From Candidatus Levyibacteriota bacterium (GTDB lineage Bacteria; Patescibacteriota; Microgenomatia; Levybacterales; UBA12049): a DNA stretch of 64,000 nucleotides. Positions 51,507 through 61,761 of this stretch are shown piece by piece. The translations under genes and the position numbers were made by a program. The stretch covers positions 5,939 through 69,938 of the forward strand of contig JBPOIT010000002.1 in assembly GCA_052034235.1 (NCBI GenBank). Reading direction: 5' to 3'. The stretch's first letter is position 1, and each line of letters begins with the position of its first letter. The notes below the pieces were generated by a model, which was given only the letters and a program-made list of their open reading frames with translations, did no database searches and was not told where the DNA came from.

Positions 51507-52108
51507 AGGTCTTACTTATCGATAATTATGATTCATTTACCTTTAATCTCTACCAGGTCGTAGGTGAAATTCTGATGAAAACACAAAGTAAGTTTACAAT
51601 CGATGTGTTTCGAAATGATGAGATGACACTTTCAGAAATAGCTCAGAATAAATATGACAGAATTATTATTTCTCCAGGCCCGGGAGATCCAGCTGATAAG
51701 CACTATTTTGGTGTTTGCGCAGAGGTCATTACGCAGCTTGGTAAAAGGACTCCTGTCTTTGGGGTGTGCCTCGGGATGCAGGGAATTGCGCATTACTTCG
51801 GTGGAAAAGTGGTTCGGGCTAACGTTCCTATGCACGGTAAGACAAGTGAAATAATGCATGACGAAAAAGGGGTTTTTGCTGGATTGCCGCAAGGTCTTGA
51901 AGTGATGCGTTACCATTCACTCATTGCTGATAAAAAATCACTGCCAAAAGAACTCGTTATAACTGCAACCGCAGGTGAAAACGGTGACATTATGGGAATT
52001 AGGCATAGACATTTCCCAATCGAAGGCATACAATTCCATCCGGAATCATTTGCAACAGAAGCGGGAAAACGAATGCTTGAAAACTTTATACAGCAAACTT
52101 ATGAATAA
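51503..52108 (+). CDS. trpG: Anthranilate synthase component II (glutamine amidotransferase)
   Basis: IDNYDSFT, SPGPG, GVCLG, RYHSL, QFHPES. Confidence 0.96.
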   Translation: MKVLLIDNYDSFTFNLYQVVGEILMKTQSKFTIDVFRNDEMTLSEIAQNKYDRIIISPGPGDPADKHYFGVCAEVITQLGKRTPVFGVCLGMQGIAHYFGGKVVRANVPMHGKTSEIMHDEKGVFAGLPQGLEVMRYHSLIADKKSLPKELVITATAGENGDIMGIRHRHFPIEGIQFHPESFATEAGKRMLENFIQQTYE

Positions 52109-53114
52109 GATATTAAACAAACTACTTGAAAAGCAAGATTTGTCAGCTCGTGAGATACGTCTCTTTCTTGACGGTATGGTAACGGGGGAAGTCCCGCCAG
52201 CACAGATCGCTGCATTTCTGGCGGGATTGCGGACAAAAGGGGAAACTGTTGAGGAACTTGTGGCACTGATTGAAGGTATGCGAACGTATATGGTTGTCGT
52301 GCCTGGTGGCGAAACGGCAATTGATACATGTGGCACTGGAGGAGATGGTTCTGGAACATTTAATATCTCAACGACAGTTGCTTTTGTTGTTGCTGGTGCA
52401 GGCGTTACGGTTATGAAACACGGCAACAGAGCAGCCAGTAGTAAATGCGGCAGTGCAGACGTTTTGGAAGCACTTGGAGTACATATCAATATAACTTCGA
52501 TGCAAGCTAAAAAAGTGGCTGAAAAAACGGGAATGGTATTTCTCTTTGCACCCATGTATCATCCAGCGATGAAAAATATAGCACCTGTTCGAAAAGAACT
52601 TGGAGTGAGAACAGTTTTTAATTATCTCGGACCGTTTCTCAATCCCGCAGGGGTAAAACGACAATTGATTGGTGTGCCTTCACCTGTTCTTGCCAAAAAA
52701 CTTGCAACGGTTGCGGTAAAACTTGGATATGAACATCTGTTGATTGTTTCAAATAAAGACGGACTTGATGAGCTTGGCCTCTCTTCAGGATCACACATCT
52801 ATGAAGTGAAAGGGAGAACTGTCAAGTCAAAAATGTTTGATCCTTTGAAATTAGGTTTTAAGACTGCGTCAGTAAAAGCACTGAGTGGAGGAACTGCAGC
52901 GCAAAACGCACAACTTATAAAAGAAGTTCTGAGTGGTAAAGAAGGTCCTCGTCGTGATATTGTGGTAATAAATGCAGCACATGCGCTGTATGTTTCAGGT
53001 AAAGTAAAAACGGTCAAAGAAGGCATAAAACTTGCAGAAATCTCTCTTGATTCAGGATCAGCAAAAGAAGTTTTAGAAAATGTTATAAAGGAGACAAACA
53101 TATATGCACAATAA
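52101..53114 (+). CDS. trpD: Anthranilate phosphoribosyltransferase
   Basis: DTCGTGGDG, NISTT, KHGNR, GSADVLEALG, GLDE. Confidence 0.97.
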   Translation: MNKILNKLLEKQDLSAREIRLFLDGMVTGEVPPAQIAAFLAGLRTKGETVEELVALIEGMRTYMVVVPGGETAIDTCGTGGDGSGTFNISTTVAFVVAGAGVTVMKHGNRAASSKCGSADVLEALGVHINITSMQAKKVAEKTGMVFLFAPMYHPAMKNIAPVRKELGVRTVFNYLGPFLNPAGVKRQLIGVPSPVLAKKLATVAVKLGYEHLLIVSNKDGLDELGLSSGSHIYEVKGRTVKSKMFDPLKLGFKTASVKALSGGTAAQNAQLIKEVLSGKEGPRRDIVVINAAHALYVSGKVKTVKEGIKLAEISLDSGSAKEVLENVIKETNIYAQ

Positions 53115-53838
53115 ACTCAAACAAATTATTGATCAAACAAAACGAGATGTCGCTTCCCGAAAAACAAAAAACACGGTTGTCAGTTTGTTTCGAAACTATG
53201 ACGGTGTGGCGATTATCGCTGAGATAAAACTTGCGTCTCCTACAAATCCTCATTTGGGTTCAGTAAATGATGTAACGCCAAACGCTCGTGACTACCAAAA
53301 GGGTGGAGCAGCGATGATTTCTCTCGTTACAGAGAAACATTTCTTTAAAGGTGATCCGAATTTTATTCGTCAAATTAAAAAAGCTGGAGTCAGCTTGCCT
53401 ATTTTGCAAAAAGATTTTGTCATTGATGCATTGCAGCTTGTTGAGTCAAAAGAAGCCGGTGCCGATGCAGTTTTACTGATTGCTAAAATGTTGAGAAGAA
53501 AGCAGCTTAAGCAGTTTGTTTCACTCGCCAAAGCGCTTGGTGTTGAACCTATTGTTGAAATAAACGATGAAGAAGATCTGGACAATGCAATTGCTGCAAA
53601 TCCTTCTCTTATCGCCGTGAATGCGAGAGATTTGGAAACCTTTACTGTTGATATTGATCGTGCAAGCAGTCTCATGGAAAGAATCCCAGATGAATTTGTG
53701 AAGCTTGGCTTTTCAGGAATACAAACTCGTAGTGACGTTGAAAAGTACAAAAAAGCTGGTGCAAAAGGGGTTTTGGTTGGGACGAGCCTGATGCAAGCTC
53801 CTGATAAAATACAACTTTTGGAGGAATTACATGTATGA
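53104..53838 (+). CDS. trpC: Indole-3-glycerol phosphate synthase
   Basis: IAEIKLASP, SLVTE..FF.G, KDFVID, GADAVLLI, NARDL. Confidence 0.95.
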   Translation: MHNKLKQIIDQTKRDVASRKTKNTVVSLFRNYDGVAIIAEIKLASPTNPHLGSVNDVTPNARDYQKGGAAMISLVTEKHFFKGDPNFIRQIKKAGVSLPILQKDFVIDALQLVESKEAGADAVLLIAKMLRRKQLKQFVSLAKALGVEPIVEINDEEDLDNAIAANPSLIAVNARDLETFTVDIDRASSLMERIPDEFVKLGFSGIQTRSDVEKYKKAGAKGVLVGTSLMQAPDKIQLLEELHV

Positions 53839-54452
53839 CCGTAGCAGTCAAAATCTGCGGGATTAGGTCAGTTGAAAGCGCATTGGCTGCAATAGATGCA
53901 GGTGCTGACTTCATTGGGCTTAATTTTGTTCCAACCTCAAAGCGAAAGATCAATGAAGGTACAGCACGAGAGATTGTTGAGGCAGTTGAAGGGCAAGCAA
54001 TGACGGTTGGTGTTTTTCAAAATGCTGACAGTGTGTATGTAAATACACTCGCAAGAAGTTTGGATTTAGATTATGTGCAATTGCATGGAACTGAGGATGC
54101 CGCGTATTGCAGCCAAATGCAAACTAAAGTCATAAAAGCACTTTCGCTAAAGCAAAATGTTGATGTCCATGCATTACTGCGTGAGATGAAAGAGCTAGAT
54201 GTGTCATTGTTTTTGCTAGATCGAGCAGTGCAGGGAAGCGGTTCTGCCATACCTGTTCAAGTTGCGGAGCGCCTGGCGCAGGAATTTGAAGTCTTTCTTG
54301 CTGGAGGATTACTTCCAGATACTGTTGCTGGCGTGGTAAAAAAAATTAGACCATATGCGGTTGATGTTGCGGGAGGAATTGAAACTGATGGGGAGGAAGA
54401 TATTATCAAGATAAAACAATTTATCATGAATGCAAAAGGAGTAATTTTATGA
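53835..54452 (+). CDS. trpF: Phosphoribosylanthranilate isomerase
   Basis: [31 protein letters not shown]. Confidence 0.95.
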   Translation: MTVAVKICGIRSVESALAAIDAGADFIGLNFVPTSKRKINEGTAREIVEAVEGQAMTVGVFQNADSVYVNTLARSLDLDYVQLHGTEDAAYCSQMQTKVIKALSLKQNVDVHALLREMKELDVSLFLLDRAVQGSGSAIPVQVAERLAQEFEVFLAGGLLPDTVAGVVKKIRPYAVDVAGGIETDGEEDIIKIKQFIMNAKGVIL

Positions 54453-55666
54453 AAAGTCATTTTGGAAAATATGGAGGACGTTATGTCCCTGAAATGTTGA
54501 TGCCGGCACTGGAGGCACTTGAAGTTGTCTATGAAGTTGCAAAGTCAGATCCGATGTTTCAAGCAGAATTCCAGGATTTGCTGAGCAATTTTTCAGGCAG
54601 ACCAACACCTCTTATCTATGCCAAGAATCTTACTGAAAAACTTGGTGGGGCAAAGATCTACCTGAAGAACGAAGGACTCAATCATACAGGAGCACATAAA
54701 ATTACGCATTGTTTAGGCCAAGCGCTCATTGCCAAACGGCTTGGCAAAACACGGTTAATCGCTGAAACAGGCGCAGGCCAGCACGGAGTTGCGACCGCTA
54801 CTGTTGCTGCCAAACTAGGATTTTCCTGTACTGTTTACATGGGAGCAGTTGATGTTGCCCGTCAGCGTCCAAACGTTTTTTTGATGGAACAGTTGGGTGC
54901 GACTGTTGTGCCTGTGGAATTTGGTAGTAAAACCCTCAAAGATGCAGTCAACGCAGCGATTAAGGACTGGATTGAAAATGTTGAAGATACACACTATTTG
55001 CTTGGGTCAGTTGTCGGACCTCATCCTTTCCCCACGATGAATAGGGATTTTCAGTCAGTTGTCGGACGGGAAATAAAAAAGCAGGTAAAAGCTCGCACAA
55101 AACAACTTCCTGATTATGTTATTGCATGTGTGGGCGGGGGAAGTAATGCGATGGGTGCGTTTTATGATTTTCTTAGAAACAAAGACGTGAAACTTGTTGG
55201 AGTTGAAGCCGGAGGTACGGGTAAGAAGATAGGTGAACACGCAGTACGTTTCCCAGCAGGCAAAGTAGGAGTTGTCGAAGGGTATAAATCATACTTTCTG
55301 CAGGATAGCGATGGACAACTGCAAAAAACACATAGTATCTCAGCAGGTCTCGATTATCCAGGCATCGGTCCTGAACTGAGTTTTCTTCATGACACAGAGA
55401 GAGTGACGTTTGTAAATTCCACAGATCATGAAGCGCTTGATGCAGTTCAAACGCTCGCAAAAACAGAAGGCATTATCCCAGCGCTTGAATCAGCTCATGC
55501 AGTTGCGTACGCGATGAAACTTGCCCCAACTCTTCCCAAAACAAAAACAATTGTTGTTAACCTTTCAGGAAGAGGAGATAAAGATATTTTCATTCTGACT
55601 AAAGCGTTTAAAGATAGAAAGTTTTATGAGTTTATGAAAGACCAAGTGGAGGAGGGATATGAATAA
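54449..55666 (+). CDS. trpB: Tryptophan synthase beta subunit
   Basis: [41 protein letters not shown]. Confidence 0.98.
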   Translation: MKSHFGKYGGRYVPEMLMPALEALEVVYEVAKSDPMFQAEFQDLLSNFSGRPTPLIYAKNLTEKLGGAKIYLKNEGLNHTGAHKITHCLGQALIAKRLGKTRLIAETGAGQHGVATATVAAKLGFSCTVYMGAVDVARQRPNVFLMEQLGATVVPVEFGSKTLKDAVNAAIKDWIENVEDTHYLLGSVVGPHPFPTMNRDFQSVVGREIKKQVKARTKQLPDYVIACVGGGSNAMGAFYDFLRNKDVKLVGVEAGGTGKKIGEHAVRFPAGKVGVVEGYKSYFLQDSDGQLQKTHSISAGLDYPGIGPELSFLHDTERVTFVNSTDHEALDAVQTLAKTEGIIPALESAHAVAYAMKLAPTLPKTKTIVVNLSGRGDKDIFILTKAFKDRKFYEFMKDQVEEGYE

Positions 55667-56447
55667 ATTTGAAGCTAAACTGGCGGAATTAAAACAAAAA
55701 AAGAAATTGGGTTTAATGACCCACGTTGTTGTGGGATTTCCCTCAATTGAGGAAACAGTTTCAATTGTCAAAACCATGGCTGAAAACGGTGCTGATTTTA
55801 TCGAACTGCAGATTCCGTTTTCTGATCCACTTGCCGATGGCCCGACAATTATGAAGGCATGCGAAGCGTCACTCGCAAATGGTACCAAAGTAAAAGATGC
55901 GTTCAAGGTGATGAAACAATTATCGTTTCAGTCTGAGACACCGCTTCTTTTTATGGCGTATTACAACACTATTTTTAGATATGGGGTTGAAAAGTTTTGT
56001 TTTGATGCGCAAATGGCAGGTGCTGCAGGTCTTATTGTGCCTGACATGCCGCTTGATGAGGAAGCGCATGAACATTTCTATGAATACTGCGAAAAGTACA
56101 ACTTATATCATATTCAGGTTATTTCACCAGCTTCAACAGATAATCGGTTGCAAAGAAATGCTCAAGCTGCAAGCGGTTTTGTTTATGTGACTTCACGGCA
56201 GGGAACAACAGGTGCAAAAGACACACTTGATCCAGCACTTGTCACGTATCTTCAAAAACTAAGAACGTATATAAAATTACCACTTGCCGTTGGATTTGGT
56301 ATTTCAAAACGTGAACATATAGACATGCTGCGGGGACATGCTGATATTGCCGTTGTCGGGAGTGCGATTATAGATATTATTAAATCAACTGCAAAAGGGA
56401 AGCGCGAGGAAGCAGTTAAAACATATATTTCCCAGTTAGTACGTTGA
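55659..56447 (+). CDS. trpA: Tryptophan synthase alpha subunit
   Basis: [39 protein letters not shown]. Confidence 0.97.
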   Translation: MNKFEAKLAELKQKKKLGLMTHVVVGFPSIEETVSIVKTMAENGADFIELQIPFSDPLADGPTIMKACEASLANGTKVKDAFKVMKQLSFQSETPLLFMAYYNTIFRYGVEKFCFDAQMAGAAGLIVPDMPLDEEAHEHFYEYCEKYNLYHIQVISPASTDNRLQRNAQAASGFVYVTSRQGTTGAKDTLDPALVTYLQKLRTYIKLPLAVGFGISKREHIDMLRGHADIAVVGSAIIDIIKSTAKGKREEAVKTYISQLVR

Positions 56448-56472
56448 ATAAGTTGAGCTTAGGAAGTACAAT
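56444..56472 (+). promoter_or_regulatory. Internal sigma70 promoter for trpS
   Basis: TTGAAT-17 bp-TACAAT, 6 nt before the trpS ATG. Confidence 0.6.
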
Positions 56473-56478
56473 ACAGAT

Positions 56479-57459
56479 ATGAAAAAAAGAGTTTTATCAG
56501 GAATACGCGCAACAGGAAGACTCCATGTGGGGAACTATTTAGGTGCCATAAAAGGTATGCTTGCACTGCAAGATGATCCCGATTATGAAACCTTTTATAT
56601 GGTTGCGGATTTGCATACATTGACGACACCCTATGATATTGAAGAATTGCGGGTTAATAGGCGTGAAATTATTCTAGATTATCTTGCAGCAGGGCTTGAT
56701 CCTGAAAAGAGTGTGCTCTTTCAGCAATCAGCAAATCATGTGCACGCCGAGCTCGCATTTTATTTCTCAAGCGTTATGACAATTGCCAGAATGCAGCATT
56801 TGCCCACATTTAAAGACAAAGTGAAGCAATATCCCGAGCACGCGACAATGGCTCTTCTCAATTACCCAATCCTTATGGCCTCAGATATTTTAGTTTATAA
56901 AGCAAACAGTGTTCCCGTAGGCATTGATCAGGAGCCGCATCTGGAAATATCACGTGAAATTGCACGAAAAATGAATCAGGAATATGCAACCGATTTTCCT
57001 GAGCCTGTACGTTTTAAAACAAAGGGTGAATATGTCCCATCACTTCTGGGTGAAGGCAAGATGAGTAAATCTGTTGAAGGCAGTTATATCAATCTCACTG
57101 ATGATTTGGAAACAATTCAGGGAAAACTGGCCAAAGCTCCAACTGACTCAGGAAAGGGGACGGAACCTTTTGGCGGAGTAAAGGCATTACTGGAATTTGT
57201 AGAACTTTTTCAAGGCCTAGAGCGTAAAAAAGAGTATGAGCGTTTGTACACTGAAGGAGAGGGAATCAGATATTCAGATCTCAAAAAAGAGCTTGCCAAA
57301 TCAATCTATTCAGAGTTGCAACCTTTCCAGGAAAAACGTCGGCATTTTGAAAATAATCCGCATATTGTTGATGCCATTATCGAAGAAGGGAATAAAAAGG
57401 CAACAGCCATTGCTGAGGAAACAATGACTGAAGTCAAACAAAAAATGGGCCTTTTGTAA
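56479..57459 (+). CDS. trpS: Tryptophan--tRNA ligase
   Basis: HVGN (HIGH), ADLH, YPILMASDIL, VPVGIDQ, KMSKS. Confidence 0.97.
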   Translation: MKKRVLSGIRATGRLHVGNYLGAIKGMLALQDDPDYETFYMVADLHTLTTPYDIEELRVNRREIILDYLAAGLDPEKSVLFQQSANHVHAELAFYFSSVMTIARMQHLPTFKDKVKQYPEHATMALLNYPILMASDILVYKANSVPVGIDQEPHLEISREIARKMNQEYATDFPEPVRFKTKGEYVPSLLGEGKMSKSVEGSYINLTDDLETIQGKLAKAPTDSGKGTEPFGGVKALLEFVELFQGLERKKEYERLYTEGEGIRYSDLKKELAKSIYSELQPFQEKRRHFENNPHIVDAIIEEGNKKATAIAEETMTEVKQKMGLL

Positions 57460-57465
57460 AACTTC

Positions 57466-58401
57466 ATGAAACTTCATAACCGCAGCGGAAAAGATAAAGG
57501 CCTCATCGCGATTATTCTGTTAACCATGTTTTATGGCTTATTGCCGCTTTTTCCAAGGTATTTAAACGAATCATTTGAACTCTTTCAGCAAATTTATCTT
57601 CGCATGTTTGTCGGTTTTATCATCCTTGCGCTTTTGTTTCATAAACAGATTAATTTCAATAAACTTCTGAGGCTGCCTTTTAAAGAATTCCGCTGGATTT
57701 TCTTCAGAGCATTTTCGTATTACGTATTGGGAGTAGGGCTGTATACTGTTGCGATTTTGATGACAAAAGTGAGTAACGTCGTTTTTATAGGATCAATCCC
57801 CATGACAGCTATTCTTGGGTTTTTCTGGTTAGGCGAGAAGGTGACTTGGCAGAAAGTAGCATTGATTGTTGTTTCGGCTATGGGCGTTTTTATTATTGCA
57901 GTGAAAGATTTTAGCGGTATTCCTGAGTTTGGTTTAGGAGAATTGTTTGCCCTGGTTTCATCAATTTTTATTTCAATTGGCCTCGTCATGAGACGGAAAC
58001 AATCGTCTCATCTCACGGATTACGAAACAGCAACGCTTATGCTTCTGTTTGCAGGCGTGCAATTATTTGTTATCTCGCTCATTGCAGGTGAACCATTGCC
58101 TGTAACAGGCTGGAATCTTGGAATTATTGGTGTTTTGATTGCAAGTGGACTAACTGTTGCTGCGTTGAGTTTTCTCATGAATTACGGTTTTGCGAGAGTT
58201 CAAGCAGTTCTTGCAGGCAATATCATCACCATGTCAAACTTTTTTTCAACACTCACTGCATTTATTGCATTTGGCGAAGTGCCAATTCTACGCGAATTGT
58301 TTGGAGGAATATTAATCGTTATGAGCGTTATCTGGATGCATAGGTTAGAGGGAGCAAAAGAAGTAAAGCAGCATAATCAGGATGTCCCTCCGAGAGAATA
58401 A
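57466..58401 (+). CDS. EamA/DMT-family transporter
   Basis: About 10 TM helices in two repeats; P...AILG...LGEK, GELFAL, FGE. Confidence 0.85.
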   Translation: MKLHNRSGKDKGLIAIILLTMFYGLLPLFPRYLNESFELFQQIYLRMFVGFIILALLFHKQINFNKLLRLPFKEFRWIFFRAFSYYVLGVGLYTVAILMTKVSNVVFIGSIPMTAILGFFWLGEKVTWQKVALIVVSAMGVFIIAVKDFSGIPEFGLGELFALVSSIFISIGLVMRRKQSSHLTDYETATLMLLFAGVQLFVISLIAGEPLPVTGWNLGIIGVLIASGLTVAALSFLMNYGFARVQAVLAGNIITMSNFFSTLTAFIAFGEVPILRELFGGILIVMSVIWMHRLEGAKEVKQHNQDVPPRE

Positions 58402-58470
58402 TGCTATCGATTCATATTGATGTACTGTGTTATCTTGTCAAAATAAAACTACCTGTTTATACTAATAACT

Positions 58471-59808
58471 ATGGTACGTGCCGCAATTAACGGATATGGA
58501 CGCATAGGAAGAGTAGCGCATAGAGTAATACTCCAATGGCATAGTGAAGATATTGAAGTTGTCGCTATCAATGTCGGTTCCTCAACTGATCTGAAAGGCT
58601 GGATGTATTTACTCAAATACGACAGTGTCTACGGTCTTTTGCCTTTTGATGTGTCAGTGAAACCAAATCCTGATCCTACAAACAAATCATTCCTCGGACA
58701 CATTGTGGTAAGTGGAAAAGAAATCCCAGTATATTCACAAAAAGATCCAACGCTTCTTCCGTGGAAAGATCTCAATATTGATGTCGTTGTGGAGTGCACT
58801 GGTGCATTTACCAGTAAGGAGAAAATTTCACAACACATTGCAGCGGGGGCAAAAGCAGCGGTTCTTTCAGCACCAGCAAAAGACGGTGAGCCAATCCCAA
58901 CATATGTCGTTTCAGTCAATGACAGTAACTACCAGGGAGAAAATATCATTTCCAACGCTTCATGCACTACAAATTGTATTACTCCACCTGCCAAAGTTAT
59001 TGAAGAGGCTTTTGGTATTCAAAAAGCGATGATGACAACTGTTCATGGTTATACCTCAGATCAAGAACTGCATGACGGTGGACACAAAGATTATCGTCGT
59101 GCTCGCGCTGCTGCCTTAAATATCGTTCCAACTTCAACAGGTGCCACGATAGCTGCTGCAGAAGCTTTACCATCACTCAAAGGAGTCTTCGCTGGACTTT
59201 CATTACGTGTTCCAATCCCGGTTGGCTCACTGTCTGATATAACCTTTCTTTTGAAGCGCGATGTTACCGTGCAAGAAGTCAATGACGCCCTGAAACGGGA
59301 ATCTGAAAATCCAAACTATAAAGGCATTTTGGCAGTGACTGAAGATCCGATTGTTTCAAGTGATATTATCGGCAATTCACACTCTAGTATTGTCGATTTG
59401 TCACTTACGCAGGTTGTTGGAGGTAATATGTTGAAGATTGTTGCTTGGTATGATAATGAATACGGTTATGCTAACCGTCTTGTTGAACAAAGTGTTATGG
59501 TAGGGCAGAAAGTTTCTGCACCAGCTGCACCTGGCACAGACACAACCCAACCACAGCCTCAAGATGTTCCAACACCACAACCCCAGCAGCCTGTACAACC
59601 AGAACCTCAACAGCCGCAGCCTGAACAGCCGCAAATGCCGCCAGTTGAACCGCAAGTTCCACCAATCCTGCCTGTTGATCAAAATCCTCAGCCGGTACAG
59701 GAAAGTGGTCAACTCCCACAGCAAGATCCAAATCAACAACCTATCCAGCAGGATGGAGGACAACCTCCTGTTGATCCGAATCAACAGCCTCAGAATCCTA
59801 CAAACTAA
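58471..59808 (+). CDS. gap: Glyceraldehyde-3-phosphate dehydrogenase (type I) with ~95-aa Pro/Gln-rich C-terminal extension
   Basis: INGYGRIGR, SNASCTTNC, RARAAALNIVP, WYDNEYGY. Confidence 0.96.
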   Translation: MVRAAINGYGRIGRVAHRVILQWHSEDIEVVAINVGSSTDLKGWMYLLKYDSVYGLLPFDVSVKPNPDPTNKSFLGHIVVSGKEIPVYSQKDPTLLPWKDLNIDVVVECTGAFTSKEKISQHIAAGAKAAVLSAPAKDGEPIPTYVVSVNDSNYQGENIISNASCTTNCITPPAKVIEEAFGIQKAMMTTVHGYTSDQELHDGGHKDYRRARAAALNIVPTSTGATIAAAEALPSLKGVFAGLSLRVPIPVGSLSDITFLLKRDVTVQEVNDALKRESENPNYKGILAVTEDPIVSSDIIGNSHSSIVDLSLTQVVGGNMLKIVAWYDNEYGYANRLVEQSVMVGQKVSAPAAPGTDTTQPQPQDVPTPQPQQPVQPEPQQPQPEQPQMPPVEPQVPPILPVDQNPQPVQESGQLPQQDPNQQPIQQDGGQPPVDPNQQPQNPTN

Positions 59809-59832
59809 ATTCGTTTGCAATAAAAATGCTAA

Positions 59833-60456
59833 ATGGCAAATTCCCCGCAAAATGGGTATAATACTCAGTACTATATGGATAAACCTATGGAACTACCCGG
59901 AATTCGCATTATAACCGTTTCTGGCCGCATCGGAGCTGGTTCTACATCACTTGCCCGACATATCGCAAAAACGCTGTCCTGGAAGCATATAGAGGGCGGA
60001 GAGATATTCTGGGAAGCGGTTCGGAAAAAGATGCAGCTATCTCCCAAAGATACCAATCTGAGACCTGATGAGGAAGATGTCCTCTTTGATGAAAAATTAA
60101 AGGAAATACTCCAAAACGAAAAACATATTGTCCTTGAAACCAAATTGGCCGGATTTTTGGCACAGGGTCTACCTGATATCTTCAAAGTGGCTGTTATTTG
60201 TGAGGAAAATGGGGAAGATAGAGCTGAAATAAGAATAGATAGATTGGTAAATAGGGAAGAAGTGTCAATCGATGATGCAAAAGAAGAAGTGTTTCAGCGC
60301 GAACACAACGATTTGACGAAATGGCGCAAATTATATGTGAATAATGATCAAGACTGGATATATTGGGACAAAAAATACTTTGATTTAATTGTAAATACCT
60401 TTGATCATAATCAGGAAGAAAGCAGATCATTAGTACTTGACGCACTTGGATTATAG
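59833..60456 (+). CDS. Cytidylate kinase-like P-loop kinase (archaeal/CPR-type Cmk)
   Basis: ITVSGRIGAGSTSLA, GGEIF, RL..RE, RE..D, DLIVNT. Confidence 0.75.
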   Translation: MANSPQNGYNTQYYMDKPMELPGIRIITVSGRIGAGSTSLARHIAKTLSWKHIEGGEIFWEAVRKKMQLSPKDTNLRPDEEDVLFDEKLKEILQNEKHIVLETKLAGFLAQGLPDIFKVAVICEENGEDRAEIRIDRLVNREEVSIDDAKEEVFQREHNDLTKWRKLYVNNDQDWIYWDKKYFDLIVNTFDHNQEESRSLVLDALGL

Positions 60457-60470
60457 CAAAATCAAAAATC

Positions 60471-61049
60471 ATGAATCAAAAGTCCCTCAGTCATAGCAAA
60501 AAACTTATAACAGCGGTATGCGGCTTGTCGCTCTTTTTGATCAGCGCTGGCTTTGTTTACGCCGATAGTTCAGAAAGTGCAGCTCTTATTTCTCCAACAC
60601 CAAAGCCTGTAGAATATGAATTGCCATATCCGGGATTACTTCCTGACCATCCGCTGTACTTTCTTCGTGCAGTAAGAGATACCATGCAGAATATTTTCAC
60701 CTCAAATCCATTAAAGAAAGCTGAATTTCATTTGTTGCAGGCTGATAAAAGTGTCAGTGCAAGTGTGCTTTTGTCTGAAAAGCAAGATACACTGCAGCTT
60801 GCAGGTGCGACGGCTGTTGAAGCCCAAGTGCATTTTGAAAAAGCACTTGATTTTCTTGGGAATGCAAAGACACAAGGGCTAGAAGTAAATGAGCTCGCAA
60901 GAAAAATGCATTTAGCAAATGAAAAACACCAGGAGACATTACTCCTTCTCGAAAATGGTGCTGAAAAACATCGTGAGGAATTTACCAAAGCAGTGCAGAA
61001 AGCACAAAGTGTCGAGAAAAAAGTAAAAGCATTTTTGCCCGAAGAATAG
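60471..61049 (+). CDS. Exported helical protein, DUF5667-like
   Basis: Signal peptide; YELPYPGLLPDHPLYFL..VRD, KKAEF.L..ADK. Confidence 0.7.
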   Translation: MNQKSLSHSKKLITAVCGLSLFLISAGFVYADSSESAALISPTPKPVEYELPYPGLLPDHPLYFLRAVRDTMQNIFTSNPLKKAEFHLLQADKSVSASVLLSEKQDTLQLAGATAVEAQVHFEKALDFLGNAKTQGLEVNELARKMHLANEKHQETLLLLENGAEKHREEFTKAVQKAQSVEKKVKAFLPEE

Positions 61050-61165
61050 AGTAAATCCAATTCTTTGTATATATTTTTACTACAACCCATAATCACTTGT
61101 AAGAAAACTAACTCAAAAAATACTCATCCAAGGCTATGGACCATTTTTGATATAATTAGTAGTAG

Positions 61166-61217
61166 TTGACACCACGGATGTAGTGTCATATGCTTTTTCT
61201 TGCACTAGATATAGACA
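61166..61217 (+). promoter_or_regulatory. nrdR-nrdJ promoter with tandem NrdR boxes
   Basis: TTGACA(61166)-17 bp-TATGCT; boxes ACCACGGATGTAGTGT (61171) and GCACTAGATATAGACA (61202), starts 31 bp apart. Confidence 0.7.
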
Positions 61218-61287
61218 AGTGCAGGGCAAGGTTTCATTACCACTTACGACAAACGCTAAGTAGGAATGAGAGCTGGAAAGGAACAAT

Positions 61288-61761
61288 ATGCATTGTCCAT
61301 ATTGCGGAGCTAAGAATTCAGAAGTTGTAGAGACACGAGACAGCGCGGACATGGATACGATCAGGAGACGAAGAGCGTGTCTTTCTTGCACAAAACGTTT
61401 TACAACGTATGAGCGAGTCGAGAATGTCCAGCTCGTTGTTATCAAACGTGACGGGAGACGAGAACAATATAACAGAGAAAAACTGAAAGCAGGACTTCTC
61501 AGAGCATGTGAGAAGACATTGATACCTGCAGATGTCATTGAAAAGGTCGTGACAGACATAACAAGAGAATTACGAGGATTAGGTTCACTTGAAGTAGAAA
61601 GCACCATTATAGGCGAATTGGTGGCGAGAGAACTAAAAAAACTTGATAAGGTAGCATATATCAGATTTGCAAGCGTCTTTAAAAGATTTATGGATGCTGA
61701 GGATTTTGAGAAAGAATTAAAACAATTGGTACTAAATACCAAAAACAAACCAACATTATGA
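61288..61761 (+). CDS. nrdR: Transcriptional repressor NrdR
   Basis: MHCPYC, IRRRRACLSC..RFTTYE, ATP cone, VAYIRFASV. Confidence 0.98.
   Translation: MHCPYCGAKNSEVVETRDSADMDTIRRRRACLSCTKRFTTYERVENVQLVVIKRDGRREQYNREKLKAGLLRACEKTLIPADVIEKVVTDITRELRGLGSLEVESTIIGELVARELKKLDKVAYIRFASVFKRFMDAEDFEKELKQLVLNTKNKPTL

Noticed and set aside
61050-61287. Cobalamin riboswitch ahead of nrdR-nrdJ
   Set aside because: The leader after the promoter is under 100 nt and I saw no B12-box; NrdR boxes explain the region.
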